The position numbers and the translations under genes were made by a program. A stretch of DNA of 64,000 bases from an uncultured Actinomycetota bacterium (GTDB lineage: Bacteria > Actinomycetota > Actinomycetes > JAHEKZ01): NCBI GenBank assembly GCA_963718235.1, contig CAVQYR010000001.1:1952001-2016000 (forward strand), written 5' to 3'. Shown here one piece after another: positions 44,507-54,589 of this stretch (its first letter is position 1; every line of letters starts with the position of its first letter). The notes beneath the pieces were generated by a model. The model did no database searches. It was not told where the DNA came from and worked only from the letters and a program-made list of their open reading frames with translations.

Positions 44507-44897
44507 CGCCGATTCCGGAGCTGCGGCGTCCTCGAACCCATGGATTCCCACCACAGCTCCGGAGTCGTCGTCAGCCGGCCCAACCCTGCTGCCGCAACGC
44601 GGAGCGGACGGCTCGGGCAGCTCGCCGGGAGGCACAGGTCACGACCCAGGTGGACGGAGGCCCGCGTCCGGAACAGATGGCGAGCGACTTGGTGCTTGAC
44701 GTCGGAGCAGCGCACCGGTCCGCCCGTCAGACGGGGCGGAAGCGTCGGACGTCGAGGCATCCGGGCAGCCTGCGCTCCCCGGAAGCGAGCACCCGCGACG
44801 TCGACGACCGCTGTGGACGACGACGCCGCCCCCACCCGCCGATTCCGCAGTCATGTAGTCGTTTTGCGCCTGTGTGGACACCGAGACTCCGGATTCG
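44507..44897. repeat. Two related imperfect palindromes (REP-like) flanking a degenerate ~260-bp segment
   Basis: CGATTCCGGAGCTG..CAGCTCCGGAGTCG (~44510-44567) and CGATTCCGCAGTC..GACTCCGGATTCG (~44840-44897), both preceded by CCCGCC. Confidence 0.55.
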
Positions 44898-45011
44898 ACA
44901 TCGCCTTCGGGGCGGCACCCGACTTTGTTGCCCCTGAGCGGAGATCGGCTATGGTGAGCGGACTCTTCAGGGTATGGATTGACCTGTGAGGTCGTCGACA
45001 CACGTCGACGT

Positions 45012-45084
45012 GCGGACGTAGCGCAGCTGGTAGCGCATCACCTTGCCAAGGTGAGGGTCGCGGGTTCGAATCCCGTCGTCCGCT
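45012..45084 (+). tRNA. tRNA-Gly (GCC)
   Basis: GCGGACG acceptor, CACCT-TGCCA-AGGTG anticodon arm, GGTTCGAATCC. Confidence 0.97.
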
Positions 45085-45113
45085 CGGAGGGGCCCCGTCC
45101 GGGGTTTCGTCAA

Positions 45114-45184
45114 GGTGGAGTGGCCGAGAGGCGAGGCAACGGCCTGCAAAGCCGTGTACACGGGTTCAAATCCCGTCTCCACCT
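45114..45184 (+). tRNA. tRNA-Cys (GCA)
   Basis: GGTGGAG acceptor, ACGGC-CTGCAAA-GCCGT anticodon arm, GGTTCAAATCC. Confidence 0.97.
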
Positions 45185-45203
45185 CGTAGCATCTGCAACA
45201 CAC

Positions 45204-45278
45204 GGGCGATTGGCGCAGTCTGGCTAGCGCGCTTCCCTGACACGGAAGAGGTCACTGGTTCAAGTCCAGTATCGCCCA
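45204..45278 (+). tRNA. tRNA-Val (GAC)
   Basis: GGGCGAT acceptor, CTTCC-CTGACAC-GGAAG anticodon arm, GGTTCAAGTCC. Confidence 0.97.
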
Positions 45279-45287
45279 CAGAACCGA

Positions 45288-45308
45288 CGGCCGTCCTCGG
45301 GACGGCCG
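45288..45308 (+). terminator. Hairpin after the tRNA cluster (probable terminator)
   Basis: CGGCCGTCC-TCG-GGACGGCCG; no U tail, as is common in actinobacteria. Confidence 0.55.
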
Positions 45309-45396
45309 CAAGACGACGCTCCACCTGGTCTCTTGAACGTCCGACCGTGGCCGTGCTTTCGCCCAAGAACCTGGGTCGGACCGGCGCTCCGCTCCC

Positions 45397-48300
45397 CTAG
45401 GACGCGTTGATCACCCGGATCCGGCGGTTGTTGCGGTCGGCGACCCACAGGTTCCCCTGCGAGTCGAGGACGGTCGCCGAAGGTCGCTGCCAGGTCGAGA
45501 ACACCGGGAAGCCTCCGTCGCCGACAAACCCGAACTGCCCGCTTCCGGCCACGGTGTTGATGTTGCCGTCGTGCACGATCCGAATGCGGTTGTTGTTCGA
45601 CTCGCTGATGTACACGTCACCGGCAGGAGTCACCTGGACGTACTGAGGCTTGTGCAGTCCCGCCTCGACGGCCAGCCCGCCATCACCGTCGATCGTGGCG
45701 ACACCCGTTCCGGCGAAGGTGGAGATGATGCCGTTGGTGTCGACGATCCGAACCCGCTCGTTGTCGTAGTCGGCAATGTACACGTTGCCGTCAGCATCGA
45801 CGTCGACGCTGTACGGGCTGTTGAGCCGTGCGGTCGTCGCCGCAATGTCGTCACCGTTGTAGCCCGCGCTCCCCGTGCCGGCGAAGGTGGAGATGACACC
45901 TGCCGGAGTCACCTTGCGAATCTTGTGGTTGCCTCGGTCGGCGATGTACATCGTGCCGTCAGGGGCGAAAGCGACGTCGTACGGCGTCCGCAGGCGAGCT
46001 GCCGTTGCCTGACCGCCGTCGCCGGTGTTGCCGGCCGTACCGGTGCCAACCACCGTCGAGATGATGCCTGCCGGGGTCACTTTGCGGATTCGGTTGTTGC
46101 TGGAGTCCGCGATGTAGAGGTTCCCGACCGCATCGAAAGCCAACCGCACCGGAGCACTCAGCCGGGCGGCTGTGGCCGGCCCACCGTCACCGGAGTACCC
46201 CGCGGTCCCGGTGCCCGCCACGGTCGTCACCGTGCCGTCAGGGTCGATCCGCCGGACGGCGTTGTTGCCGGCGTCCGCGACGTAGATTCGATCTTGTGCG
46301 TCGATGGCGAGGCCCCACGGGGTGTTGAACCCGACGGTGACCGACTGGCGGCCCTCGCCGGATCCGTACGCGGTCGCTCCGCTGCCCGCCGCGGTCCAAA
46401 GCATGTTCTTGCCGCAGTCCTGCGACACATACGCCGCCGCACGGTTGAACAGGTTCCACGCGACAGAGTTGAACTTCGTGGGGTTGTTGGCGCTGAAGAA
46501 CACTCGGCACGCCACAGCGCTCCCCGCACTCATGGTGGCGCCCTCGTGGTACACGAACTCGCTCGGCTGTCCCGACGGCGTCTTGCGGATGACCTCCGCC
46601 GACGCAGCCGGCGTTCCAAAGCCGGTCTCTATTGAGGCTGTGTTGATCGTCTGGGTGCCAGCCAACGCGACGGACAGGGGGTGCATCGACTTGGCCATGA
46701 CCGTCTGTGTCGTGAGCTCGGTCGCGTTTCCGCCGACCGCGGTCATTCCCATCTCGTCGAGCATCCGGCTGTGCAGCACCATCACCGGTCGATCGAGATC
46801 CCGCAGCCTGCTTCCGAGCTTCGCTTCGACCGTGCTCGGGTAGAGGACCACGTACGAGTAGTCGGGCAAGACATCCGACACCTGAACGGTGTTGTCATCA
46901 ACGTAGGTAATGGTGTAGTTGTCCTCGACGTAGTCCTGCACCTTCTTGTCCGAGCCCGACAGGGCCGCGGGGTTGGCCACGACGGCGAGGACCTTCGTTC
47001 CGCCGACGGGTGGGTTGATGGTCACCGTCTGCGACGACGTGGACGTCAGGACTCCGGAATCGTACGTTGCCGAGCCCGTGAATGAGAACGTCGGCTTCGA
47101 GCCGACCGAGCCGGTCACAAACCGGTCGACATGGCAGTACTTCAGCTCGTTCGGTCCCAGGGCGGCCGGCAGTCCGCACTCGCTCGACAGGTCGCCGAAG
47201 GTGGGACTAGTGAGGCTCGTGACCGTCGTGGAACGCTCGAGGTCGAGGTTCATCATCGTGACGTTGAAGCGGACGGTCGCCCCTGGATAGTTGATCTGAC
47301 CCGGGCCGACCACGGTACGCAGCCGGAAGACTGGTGCCGTCGCAATGACCTGGACGGTCGACTTGTCGCTGTCGGTGACCAACGTGCCGTTCGCGTCGGC
47401 GGTAGCGGTTACCGTCGAGCTCACCTCGGCGGCAGCCACCCCGCTGATGGTCTCGGTTGCAGTGGTGCAGCTGTACATCTCTCCGGGCGCCAGCGTCTGC
47501 GGCAGGGCACAGCTGCCCGACCCGTTCAGGTTGCCCATCCGCTCGTCGTTCAGTGCGGTTACCGTCACCGAGCGGTCGAGGTAAGTGTTCTGGACCCGCA
47601 CCTTGTTGGAGACCGTGCCCGACGGCGCGATGACCCACGCCCGGCTCGGCGCCTTACGCACCTCGATGCCGGGAGATGGCGTCGGCCAGAAGGCGTTGCG
47701 ACCGTGGTTCACCACCCCGAAGGCGTCCCCGTCACTTCCTGCGAACAGACCTGCCGGCTCCAGCTCGACGGTGAGGACCCCACGGAACCCTCCCGCGTTC
47801 GGGATCCAGTTCAGCCCGGCACCGGTCTGAGCATCAACCGCCGCGATCTGGAACCGTGGCTGTGTACGCGTCTCGGTCTCGAGGTAACGGAAGTGGCCGC
47901 TGACGTAGACCGTGTCCTGGTCGGCCGCCACGCCCTCCATCGTGTCCCCGATCTTGTCGGTCCACAGGGGAAGCACGTTGCTGCCGCCCGAGGCCATCGG
48001 GAAGGCGTTCAACGAGTCGCACGCCGGGTAGTAGAAGTGCCCGGCGCTCACCACGTAGGCCTTCGTGCCGTCCGGTGAGATGTCGACGTCTCGCATGAAC
48101 CCGACCTTGCCGCTGCGCGCACAGGGCTGGTCATACAAATCGGTGGTCCAATCGGTCACCGACGGTGTCTGCGTCGCCACGTCGATCTGGGCGATCAGTG
48201 GCCGTTCGATGCCCGCGACCTTACGGAAGTTGCCGATGATCATGAGCCGCGTTTCGTCAGAGGACAGCGCCATAGCACGCAGTCCACCCTCACTCATGTC

Positions 48301-49995
48301 GTTTGTGGGCTCGGTCAACGGCATGGAGAAGTCAGGAAGGGTACCGCCCGTCTGCGCATCGATGGCGACGAGACGACTGGCATTGGCATCATTAAAGATG
48401 TCGAAGTTGCCACCGACGTACACCGTGGACCCGTCGGTGCGGACCTGCATGTCCTTGACGTAGGAGTTCGCCGAGGCGTTGAAGCCGGCCACGTTGTTCC
48501 CTGTTGCGATATCCAACTTCGCGATGCGGCTGCGAGGCGCGCCAGCGATTGAGGTGAAGTCGCCACCCACGAAGACGGCCTGCGCGTTGGCCGAGGCCTT
48601 CACGGTGTTGACCTGGCCGTCAGGGTTGGGGTTGAAGTCCGATCGCAGGGCGCCGGTCGTCAGGTCGTACGCAGCCAGTCCGTTGCGCGTGGTGACGCCG
48701 TAGTCGGAGAAGTCTCCGGCGACCAGGAGCGACGACCCCTGTCGCACCAGTGCAAGGGCGCCGCTAGTCCCGCTCACCGCGGGCCGGGCCAGGGAGCGTG
48801 GTGTCTCGTAGTAGGGCACGAGGGCGGTCACGACGCTGGTCGACAGGGCCACTCGGGCGATGATCGCCGGGTTGCCCTTCTCCGGGGTGATTCGGAACGA
48901 GCCACCGATGAAGAGTCCACCGGCACCGTCGAGGGTCAGGGTGCTCACGTTGCCAGTGATGTTGGTCAAGTTGAGCGGGGTTACGGCACCAGTACCCAGG
49001 TCGACCCCGGCGAGCCTGAGCCGGGCCAGCCCGCCCACCTGCCCGAAGGCACCGCCCAGGTAGAGCGTGTTGGTCGACGGGTCCAGCTCGATGTCGAACA
49101 CCGTCCCGTTGACACTGACGTTCAGCGGCCCGAGTGAGCCGGTGGTGCCGTCGACCTGAGCGAGCCGGTTACGGGTGACGCCGTTGACCTTGGTGAACTC
49201 CCCGGCAAGCAGGACCTCGCCGCTCGGTCGAACCACGATGTCGTTGACCGGGGTGTTGGCTACCCCGGGGGCGAACGCGGTGTTCCGCGTGCCGTCGGCG
49301 GCGTTCACGGCTCCGACGCGACGTGTGGTGACCCCACCGATCTGGGCGAAGTCACCGCCCACATAGACCCGCGTCTCGTCGACGGACAGCGCAACCGTAC
49401 GGACGGCTCCTCCGCTGATCGAGCCACCCCACAGCAGCGCGCCTCCCGCACCGAACGAGGCGATGCCGTTGGCCGCCTGGCCGGCGGCGGTCGAAAAGGA
49501 TCCACCAACGATGACACCACCGGTCGTCGTCGCGGCAAGGTCGAGCACCGGTCCGTTGGGCGCCGGGTTGAACGAGGTGACGGCACCACCTGAGTCGACC
49601 TGGGCCAGGTTCGCCCGGTTGACCCCGCCGACGCTGCTGAAGGACCCACCGAGGTACCAGCCGCCCGACCCGTCGGGCACCGCGGCACTGACCGAACCCA
49701 CGACGTCGGGGAAGCCCGGCTGGAAGCTCTTGCCGGCCACGTCGACCACTCCGGCCGCGCCTCGGGTCACCGGGCCGATCTTGGTGAAGTTCCCACCGAT
49801 GACCACCGAGCCACCCACCTGGGCGATCGTGCGGACCTCGCCGTCGACCGCGTGGACCCCCGCGTCACGAGGCCGCTCCGCGACCGTTCCTGGGCGGGAG
49901 TTCGGGTCGGCCGAGGCTGAGGGGACGGCGAGCGCGCCCAGCACACCGATGGAGACAGCCATGGCGGCAGCGGTGGAACGAACGACGAGCTTCAA
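45397..49995 (-). CDS. Large secreted protein: N-terminal beta-propeller repeats, Ig-like domains, C-terminal NHL repeats
   Basis: Signal peptide ending PSASA; many YVGGDF/GGSF..R..LA repeats; two Cys-containing Ig-like units (CALPQTLAPGEMYSC, CGLPAALGPNELKYC); NHL repeats; TTG start with GGAGGT. Confidence 0.85.
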   Translation of the reverse strand: MKLVVRSTAAAMAVSIGVLGALAVPSASADPNSRPGTVAERPRDAGVHAVDGEVRTIAQVGGSVVIGGNFTKIGPVTRGAAGVVDVAGKSFQPGFPDVVGSVSAAVPDGSGGWYLGGSFSSVGGVNRANLAQVDSGGAVTSFNPAPNGPVLDLAATTTGGVIVGGSFSTAAGQAANGIASFGAGGALLWGGSISGGAVRTVALSVDETRVYVGGDFAQIGGVTTRRVGAVNAADGTRNTAFAPGVANTPVNDIVVRPSGEVLLAGEFTKVNGVTRNRLAQVDGTTGSLGPLNVSVNGTVFDIELDPSTNTLYLGGAFGQVGGLARLRLAGVDLGTGAVTPLNLTNITGNVSTLTLDGAGGLFIGGSFRITPEKGNPAIIARVALSTSVVTALVPYYETPRSLARPAVSGTSGALALVRQGSSLLVAGDFSDYGVTTRNGLAAYDLTTGALRSDFNPNPDGQVNTVKASANAQAVFVGGDFTSIAGAPRSRIAKLDIATGNNVAGFNASANSYVKDMQVRTDGSTVYVGGNFDIFNDANASRLVAIDAQTGGTLPDFSMPLTEPTNDMSEGGLRAMALSSDETRLMIIGNFRKVAGIERPLIAQIDVATQTPSVTDWTTDLYDQPCARSGKVGFMRDVDISPDGTKAYVVSAGHFYYPACDSLNAFPMASGGSNVLPLWTDKIGDTMEGVAADQDTVYVSGHFRYLETETRTQPRFQIAAVDAQTGAGLNWIPNAGGFRGVLTVELEPAGLFAGSDGDAFGVVNHGRNAFWPTPSPGIEVRKAPSRAWVIAPSGTVSNKVRVQNTYLDRSVTVTALNDERMGNLNGSGSCALPQTLAPGEMYSCTTATETISGVAAAEVSSTVTATADANGTLVTDSDKSTVQVIATAPVFRLRTVVGPGQINYPGATVRFNVTMMNLDLERSTTVTSLTSPTFGDLSSECGLPAALGPNELKYCHVDRFVTGSVGSKPTFSFTGSATYDSGVLTSTSSQTVTINPPVGGTKVLAVVANPAALSGSDKKVQDYVEDNYTITYVDDNTVQVSDVLPDYSYVVLYPSTVEAKLGSRLRDLDRPVMVLHSRMLDEMGMTAVGGNATELTTQTVMAKSMHPLSVALAGTQTINTASIETGFGTPAASAEVIRKTPSGQPSEFVYHEGATMSAGSAVACRVFFSANNPTKFNSVAWNLFNRAAAYVSQDCGKNMLWTAAGSGATAYGSGEGRQSVTVGFNTPWGLAIDAQDRIYVADAGNNAVRRIDPDGTVTTVAGTGTAGYSGDGGPATAARLSAPVRLAFDAVGNLYIADSSNNRIRKVTPAGIISTVVGTGTAGNTGDGGQATAARLRTPYDVAFAPDGTMYIADRGNHKIRKVTPAGVISTFAGTGSAGYNGDDIAATTARLNSPYSVDVDADGNVYIADYDNERVRIVDTNGIISTFAGTGVATIDGDGGLAVEAGLHKPQYVQVTPAGDVYISESNNNRIRIVHDGNINTVAGSGQFGFVGDGGFPVFSTWQRPSATVLDSQGNLWVADRNNRRIRVINAS
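45400..46400 (-). repeat. Tandem NHL-repeat coding units (~56 aa each)
   Basis: Repeated TVAGTGTAGYSGDGGPATAARL..P..GNLYIAD.NNRIRK units. Confidence 0.8.
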
Positions 49996-50166
49996 GGGAG
50001 GTACCTCCGGTTGGCGGGCCGCCTCCGGTGCGGCAAAACGCCAGCCCCCAGAAGCCCACCCAGCCTACGCCCCGCTGACCCACTCCCTGGAACAGGTCGC
50101 CGGATTCGCAGCGGACGGTGACCGTGCGTGCACGGTTAGCCCACGCGGGCTACGGGAAGGGACCGG

Positions 50167-50964
50167 TCAGGTCTGGAGTTCCACCCGGGGTAGCTGCGCA
50201 GGTGCGGCACCTGCGTGGTCGCCCGCGCCAGGGGTGTGCACGACGATCCGGGTCCGGTCGGCGCGAAACAGGTCATGGGAGTACTCGATGGGAACACCCT
50301 GCTCGTCGCGCGTCACGCGAGTGACCGACAACAGGGGTGCACCTTCGGCCAGCCCCAGGATCCGGCTCTCGTCGGACGACGCCTCGACGACCTCGATGTG
50401 CTCCACCGCCCCGTCCGGGCGCACCCCGTAGTGCTCCTCGAGCAGCTCGTAGACGGACCCACCGAGCGGGAGGTCCAACAGCCCGGGGAACCGGTCGGCT
50501 GGGAGCCGAGCGTGCTCCAGGGAGATCGGGCTGCGGTTGGCGAGTCGGATCCGCACGATGTCGCACACGAAACCGCCCGGGGGCAGCTCCAGGGCCGCGA
50601 CTGTGTCGTCGTCCGCCGCTACGACCCCGGTACGCACCACGCGGGTTCCCGCGACGATCCCCTGGCTGCGAAGCAGCTGCGGGACGCCGACGACGCGGGA
50701 CAAGTCGCGTTCGACCTTCCCGTGCCCCACGAAAGTCCCCCCACCACGTCCGGGGACGCGGTGCACCGCGCCAGACGCCTCGAGTGCGGCCAGCGCCTGC
50801 CGCAGCGTCGACCGACTCACCCCGAACTCCACTGCCAGCTCTCGCTCGGACCCCAGCCGGTCCCCCGGCTTGAGCTCGCCGCGGTGAATGCGCTCCACGA
50901 TCGTTCGGCGCACCTGGTCGGCCGCCGGCCCCGGGAGCTCCGGAGCCGGGTCAGCATCCCTCAC
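50167..50964 (-). CDS. GntR/HutC-family transcriptional regulator with UTRA domain
   Basis: LKPGDRLGSERELA.EFGVSRSTLRQAL, GGGTFV, SVYELLEEHYG, IEYSHDLFRAD; last gene of the BMC operon. Confidence 0.93.
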   Translation of the reverse strand: MRDADPAPELPGPAADQVRRTIVERIHRGELKPGDRLGSERELAVEFGVSRSTLRQALAALEASGAVHRVPGRGGGTFVGHGKVERDLSRVVGVPQLLRSQGIVAGTRVVRTGVVAADDDTVAALELPPGGFVCDIVRIRLANRSPISLEHARLPADRFPGLLDLPLGGSVYELLEEHYGVRPDGAVEHIEVVEASSDESRILGLAEGAPLLSVTRVTRDEQGVPIEYSHDLFRADRTRIVVHTPGAGDHAGAAPAQLPRVELQT

Positions 50965-50979
50965 GGCCAGCCTCCATCG

Positions 50980-51765
50980 TCAGGCACGAGCCGCGGCCAG
51001 TGCCTCCAACGACTCCGGAAGAACCTGCCCCCCGTCGACCACGATCGACTGGCCGGTGATGTAGCCGGCTTCGTCGGTCGCGAGGAACAGAGCCGCGTTT
51101 CCGATGTCGGCCACGTCACCGATGCGCCCGAGCGGGATCGACGCGGCCATCCCGGCGATGTAGTCGTCGCCCATACCGATGAGACCCTCGGTCATCACGT
51201 TGCCGGGAAGGACCGCGTTGACGGTGATTCCCATCGGCGCCAGCTCGATCGCCGCGGTACGCATGAAACCCAGCTGAGCGGCCTTGCTCGCTCCGTAGTG
51301 GGACCAACCGGGGTAGCCGGTGATCGGCCCGGTGATGGACGACGTCAGCACCACCCGCCCGTGTCCACTGGCGGTCAGCGCATCGATGCACGCCTGGACC
51401 GACCACAGCGTGCCCTTGACGTTCGTGCCGAGCACGAGGTCCCAGTCGGCCTCCGTCATCTCGGCGAGGCGCTTGTCCGGGAAGACCCCGGCGTTCGCGC
51501 ACAGGACATCGATCCCGCCGTGCCGCTCGACCGCGGTCGCCGCCATGCGTCTGGCGTCGTCCTGCACACTCACATCCGCTACGACGTAGGACACAGAGCC
51601 ACTGGACGACGCAAGGTCGGCCACTGCCGCCTGCGCGGCCGACTCGTCACGGGCTGCTATCAGCACGTTGGCCCCGGCGTCGGCGAAGACCCTGGCGATC
51701 CCCTTTCCTATTCCCTTGCTGCCCCCGGTGACGATCACCGAACGTCCTGCGACCGACGTGAACAT
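50980..51765 (-). CDS. Short-chain dehydrogenase, probable 1-amino-2-propanol dehydrogenase / aminoacetone reductase
   Basis: [41 protein letters not shown]; matches the SDR of RMM/AAU microcompartment loci. Confidence 0.85.
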   Translation of the reverse strand: MFTSVAGRSVIVTGGSKGIGKGIARVFADAGANVLIAARDESAAQAAVADLASSSGSVSYVVADVSVQDDARRMAATAVERHGGIDVLCANAGVFPDKRLAEMTEADWDLVLGTNVKGTLWSVQACIDALTASGHGRVVLTSSITGPITGYPGWSHYGASKAAQLGFMRTAAIELAPMGITVNAVLPGNVMTEGLIGMGDDYIAGMAASIPLGRIGDVADIGNAALFLATDEAGYITGQSIVVDGGQVLPESLEALAAARA

Positions 51766-51808
51766 TGGACCTCCCTCGGCGTGCCCGGTTCGTCAGGCAC
51801 CGAATCTG

Positions 51809-52828
51809 TCAGGCGAACTGCGACAAGTAGCGCTCCGCCAGCTCACAACTGCCGACCGTATAGCCAGCACCGAGCTCTTGGGCGATCTCGACGGCACTGT
51901 GCGACCCGATCCAGGCCACCAGCAACAGCCGACGGAACATGATGAAGGTCCAGATCTCGTCCTCGTCGGCCTTCGGCAGCTCGAGTACCTGGCGGTAGCC
52001 GCGTACCCACGAGTCGACCATCTCCGGGACCTGCGGGTAGTGCTCGATGAAGCTGACGGCGGTCCCCAGGTCGTACAGGAACCAGCTGAACCCACTGTCG
52101 TCGAAGTCGATGACGCTCACATTGCGGCCTTTGGGAGAGTCCTCCACCAGGAGATTCGCCAGCCTCGTGTCCGCATGCACGAGCCCGAACCGGTCCGGTC
52201 CGGCTCCGAAGGCCTCGAGCCGCCGTCTCAGGGTGTCGTCCAACCGGCCGAGCACCTGGCGCTCCTCGACCCCCACTCCGACGCCCTGCTGCCAACGCCC
52301 CCAGCGAGCCTCCGAGCCGAACGCTGCGTCGTAGTCCCATGCGAAGCGGGTGAAGTCGACGGGACGCACCCACTGCCTGGAGTGCCGGTGCATGCGGGCC
52401 GTGATCCGGCCCAGCTCCTCGAAGTCCTCGACCAGTCGGTCCTCCAGGGGCTCGTGCCCGCCCAGGAACTCGAACATGACCACGTTCCGCGGGTGTGCGG
52501 AGCCGGGGTCGGGCACGGTGACCACCCGCTCGCCGACGGTGGTCGGGATCACGTGCGGTGTGCGGATGTCCGCCTCGTCACGTAGGGCGTCGACCCAGGC
52601 CAGCTCGGACTCGATGGCCTCGCGGGTGTGGTAGTCGAGTCGATGCACGCGCAGGATGTGCTTGTCTCCGGTCATCGGGTCGTCCACGCGGAAGGTCGCG
52701 TTCTCCGACACGTTGAGGAGGGACACCGTGCAGTCCGGCGAGACGTCGTACGCCTCGAGCGCCTGCTGGGCCACCTCGGTCATCCGGGCCAGGACCTCGT
52801 CACCACCCGACAGGTCATGCACCTGCAT
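51809..52828 (-). CDS. APH/choline-kinase-fold phosphotransferase, probable aminopropanol kinase
   Basis: SENATF, LRVHR, VHADTRLANLL, IDFDDSG, YDLG; in AAU-type gene order. Confidence 0.85.
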   Translation of the reverse strand: MQVHDLSGGDEVLARMTEVAQQALEAYDVSPDCTVSLLNVSENATFRVDDPMTGDKHILRVHRLDYHTREAIESELAWVDALRDEADIRTPHVIPTTVGERVVTVPDPGSAHPRNVVMFEFLGGHEPLEDRLVEDFEELGRITARMHRHSRQWVRPVDFTRFAWDYDAAFGSEARWGRWQQGVGVGVEERQVLGRLDDTLRRRLEAFGAGPDRFGLVHADTRLANLLVEDSPKGRNVSVIDFDDSGFSWFLYDLGTAVSFIEHYPQVPEMVDSWVRGYRQVLELPKADEDEIWTFIMFRRLLLVAWIGSHSAVEIAQELGAGYTVGSCELAERYLSQFA

Positions 52829-52846
52829 CAGCCGCCTCCTTCCGCG

Positions 52847-53515
52847 TCAGTGGTCGCGTCCTTCGACCGCCTCGAGCACCTGGGTGATGCCCTCACGCGC
52901 CCGCTCGACCCCCTCAGTGTCCCCCGAGATGAACAGCCGTCCAGCTGCACCGATCATCTGGACGTCGACCAGAGTGTTCTCCGGGGCCACCTTCTCCGCC
53001 TCGTTCGCCGCAACCGCTGCGAACAGCGCTGGCGTCATCTCGTACACCAACAGCGTCTCACCGGGCATGACCATGGACGCCTGGCGGTTCCGGTTCACGA
53101 TGACGGCGTGCTGGTCGGTGATGTCGTGGATCACGTCGGAGTAGAGGACTCGCGGCCGGAGCTGGTCCGACGGTGACGCACCGATCCCGTTCAAGATCGC
53201 GCGCCCCGCGCGCTGGACGTCCTCGAGGTCACGACCGTGCACCTCGAGCACCCCGAACTGGCGCTCGACGAACAGGATCCCGGGTTCGACCGTCGGCACC
53301 GACTTCAGCGCCAGGTCGATCACTCGCTCGATCGCCAGGCCCGGTGCCACCTCGACGATCAGCGCATGGTCACCCTGGAAGGGTGGATACCCCCGCGCCC
53401 GGGTGGGCGTCCCGAGGTACGCAGCGAACTGACGCTGCAGGTCCTCGATCAGCAGGTAGACGCGTAGCTCGGTCCGAGGAGCCTCCGACGCGCCTGCCAG
53501 GGGCGAGTCCGTCAT
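52847..53515 (-). CDS. BMC shell protein, tandem-domain trimer (BMC-T)
   Basis: LRVYLLIEDLQRQFAAY, IVEVAPG, VERQFGVLEVH, AANEAEK, IGAAGRL. Confidence 0.9.
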   Translation of the reverse strand: MTDSPLAGASEAPRTELRVYLLIEDLQRQFAAYLGTPTRARGYPPFQGDHALIVEVAPGLAIERVIDLALKSVPTVEPGILFVERQFGVLEVHGRDLEDVQRAGRAILNGIGASPSDQLRPRVLYSDVIHDITDQHAVIVNRNRQASMVMPGETLLVYEMTPALFAAVAANEAEKVAPENTLVDVQMIGAAGRLFISGDTEGVERAREGITQVLEAVEGRDH

Positions 53516-53518
53516 GCC

Positions 53519-53803
53519 TCACTCTCCCCCGGTGACCTTGAAGTTCTTGCTCAGCTCGGCGTGCGGGCGTGGGATGACGTGCACGGACACGAGCTCTCCG
53601 ATCGAGGCAGCGGTCTCTGCCCCGGCCTCGGTGGCTGCCTTGACGGCTCCCACGTCACCGACGATGGTCACGGCGACGAGCCCGTCGCCCACCTCGTCGC
53701 GGCCGACGATGGTCACGTTGGCCGCCTTGACCATGGCGTCGGCCGCTGCCAGCGCAGCGACGTACCCCTTGGTCTCGATCATTCCGATCGCGTTGTTCGA
53801 CAT
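53519..53803 (-). CDS. BMC shell hexamer (BMC-H, EutM/PduA-like)
   Basis: [36 protein letters not shown]. Confidence 0.96.
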   Translation of the reverse strand: MSNNAIGMIETKGYVAALAAADAMVKAANVTIVGRDEVGDGLVAVTIVGDVGAVKAATEAGAETAASIGELVSVHVIPRPHAELSKNFKVTGGE

Positions 53804-53846
53804 CACTCTCTCCTCTTGCAGTGCGCGACGTACGTCGTCGCGGGCT

Positions 53847-54128
53847 TCAGGACTCCGCCCGGTGGGCACCGGTCGGTGCGGGTACGTCGACGTGGTCGAT
53901 GGACCCGATGATCAAGGCATCCAGGGGCGGTGGCTTGCCGGGAAACCAGGCCGCGGCTACCGACCCGGTGGCAACCAGGACGTGCTCACCGACCCCACTG
54001 CCGAGGACGTCGAACGCCACCATGCGGCTCCCGGAGTCCTCCACCTCGACCTCGAGGAACGCACCGTTCGGCAGCTCCTCCAGCCGTCTGGTCGCCCAGA
54101 CGTTCCCGACGACGACTGCTCGCAACAT
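53847..54128 (-). CDS. BMC vertex pentamer (EutN/CcmL family)
   Basis: [35 protein letters not shown]. Confidence 0.93.
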   Translation of the reverse strand: MLRAVVVGNVWATRRLEELPNGAFLEVEVEDSGSRMVAFDVLGSGVGEHVLVATGSVAAAWFPGKPPPLDALIIGSIDHVDVPAPTGAHRAES

Positions 54129-54589
54129 CACGGCTCCCTTTCGATGACGACGCCCAGGGCTCGCGCCTTGTCGCGGGCCAACGGCGTCAGAACGGCGCGC
54201 CGGCCGAGGAGCAGGGTCGCCCCGACCCGTGCGGCGTCCTTCACCTGCGCCTCGGTGACAGCTCCCTTGTCGATCCGACGCGAGGGGGGTGTTCGACCCG
54301 GCTGGGACCCGGCGGTCAGAACGAACCTGATCCGGCCGGACACCAGGTCGGCCCGCTGCTTGGGGTTGTCGGCCATGCTCAACACCCGCAGTGCGAACGC
54401 ATGCAGCTCGGTGTCGTCGCGCAAGGACACCTCATGGACGGTCTGCCCTGCGGCAGCGTCTGTGGAGAGCACCGTCGATGTGTCTCGGGCGGGCATCGTC
54501 CCGACGGCGTCTGGCAGCTCGTCCGACAGCACCTGTCGGATCATGGCACGCAGCCCGTCTCGGTCGAGGGAGCCCATGGACGAGGTCAC
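54128..54589 (-). CDS. Conserved BMC-associated protein with N-terminal encapsulation-peptide-like helix
   Basis: LDRDGLRAMIRQVLSDEL amphipathic helix; C-terminal VTEAQV..VLTPLARD motif; embedded in shell operon with overlapping stops/starts. Confidence 0.75.
   Translation of the reverse strand: MTSSMGSLDRDGLRAMIRQVLSDELPDAVGTMPARDTSTVLSTDAAAGQTVHEVSLRDDTELHAFALRVLSMADNPKQRADLVSGRIRFVLTAGSQPGRTPPSRRIDKGAVTEAQVKDAARVGATLLLGRRAVLTPLARDKARALGVVIEREP

Noticed and set aside
42895-44835. 646-aa N-terminally extended HutH from the ORF track
   Set aside because: HAL homology begins near 44454, where a TAGCGT -10 precedes GTG; the extension runs through palindromic intergenic DNA
45400-46400. ~170-bp periodic repeats as a possible CRISPR array
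   Set aside because: They are degenerate in-frame NHL protein repeats; no constant repeat with unique spacers and no cas genes
49996-50140. Possible c-di-AMP (ydaO) riboswitch upstream of the large secreted gene (GAATCC and GTCAGC..CGTAGGC fragments)
   Set aside because: Too short and lacks the central conserved elements; the TAGGCT is better read as a -10. An Rfam covariance search would settle it
51809-52828. Aminoglycoside resistance kinase
   Set aside because: Only the fold is shared; operon context points to an aminopropanol kinase
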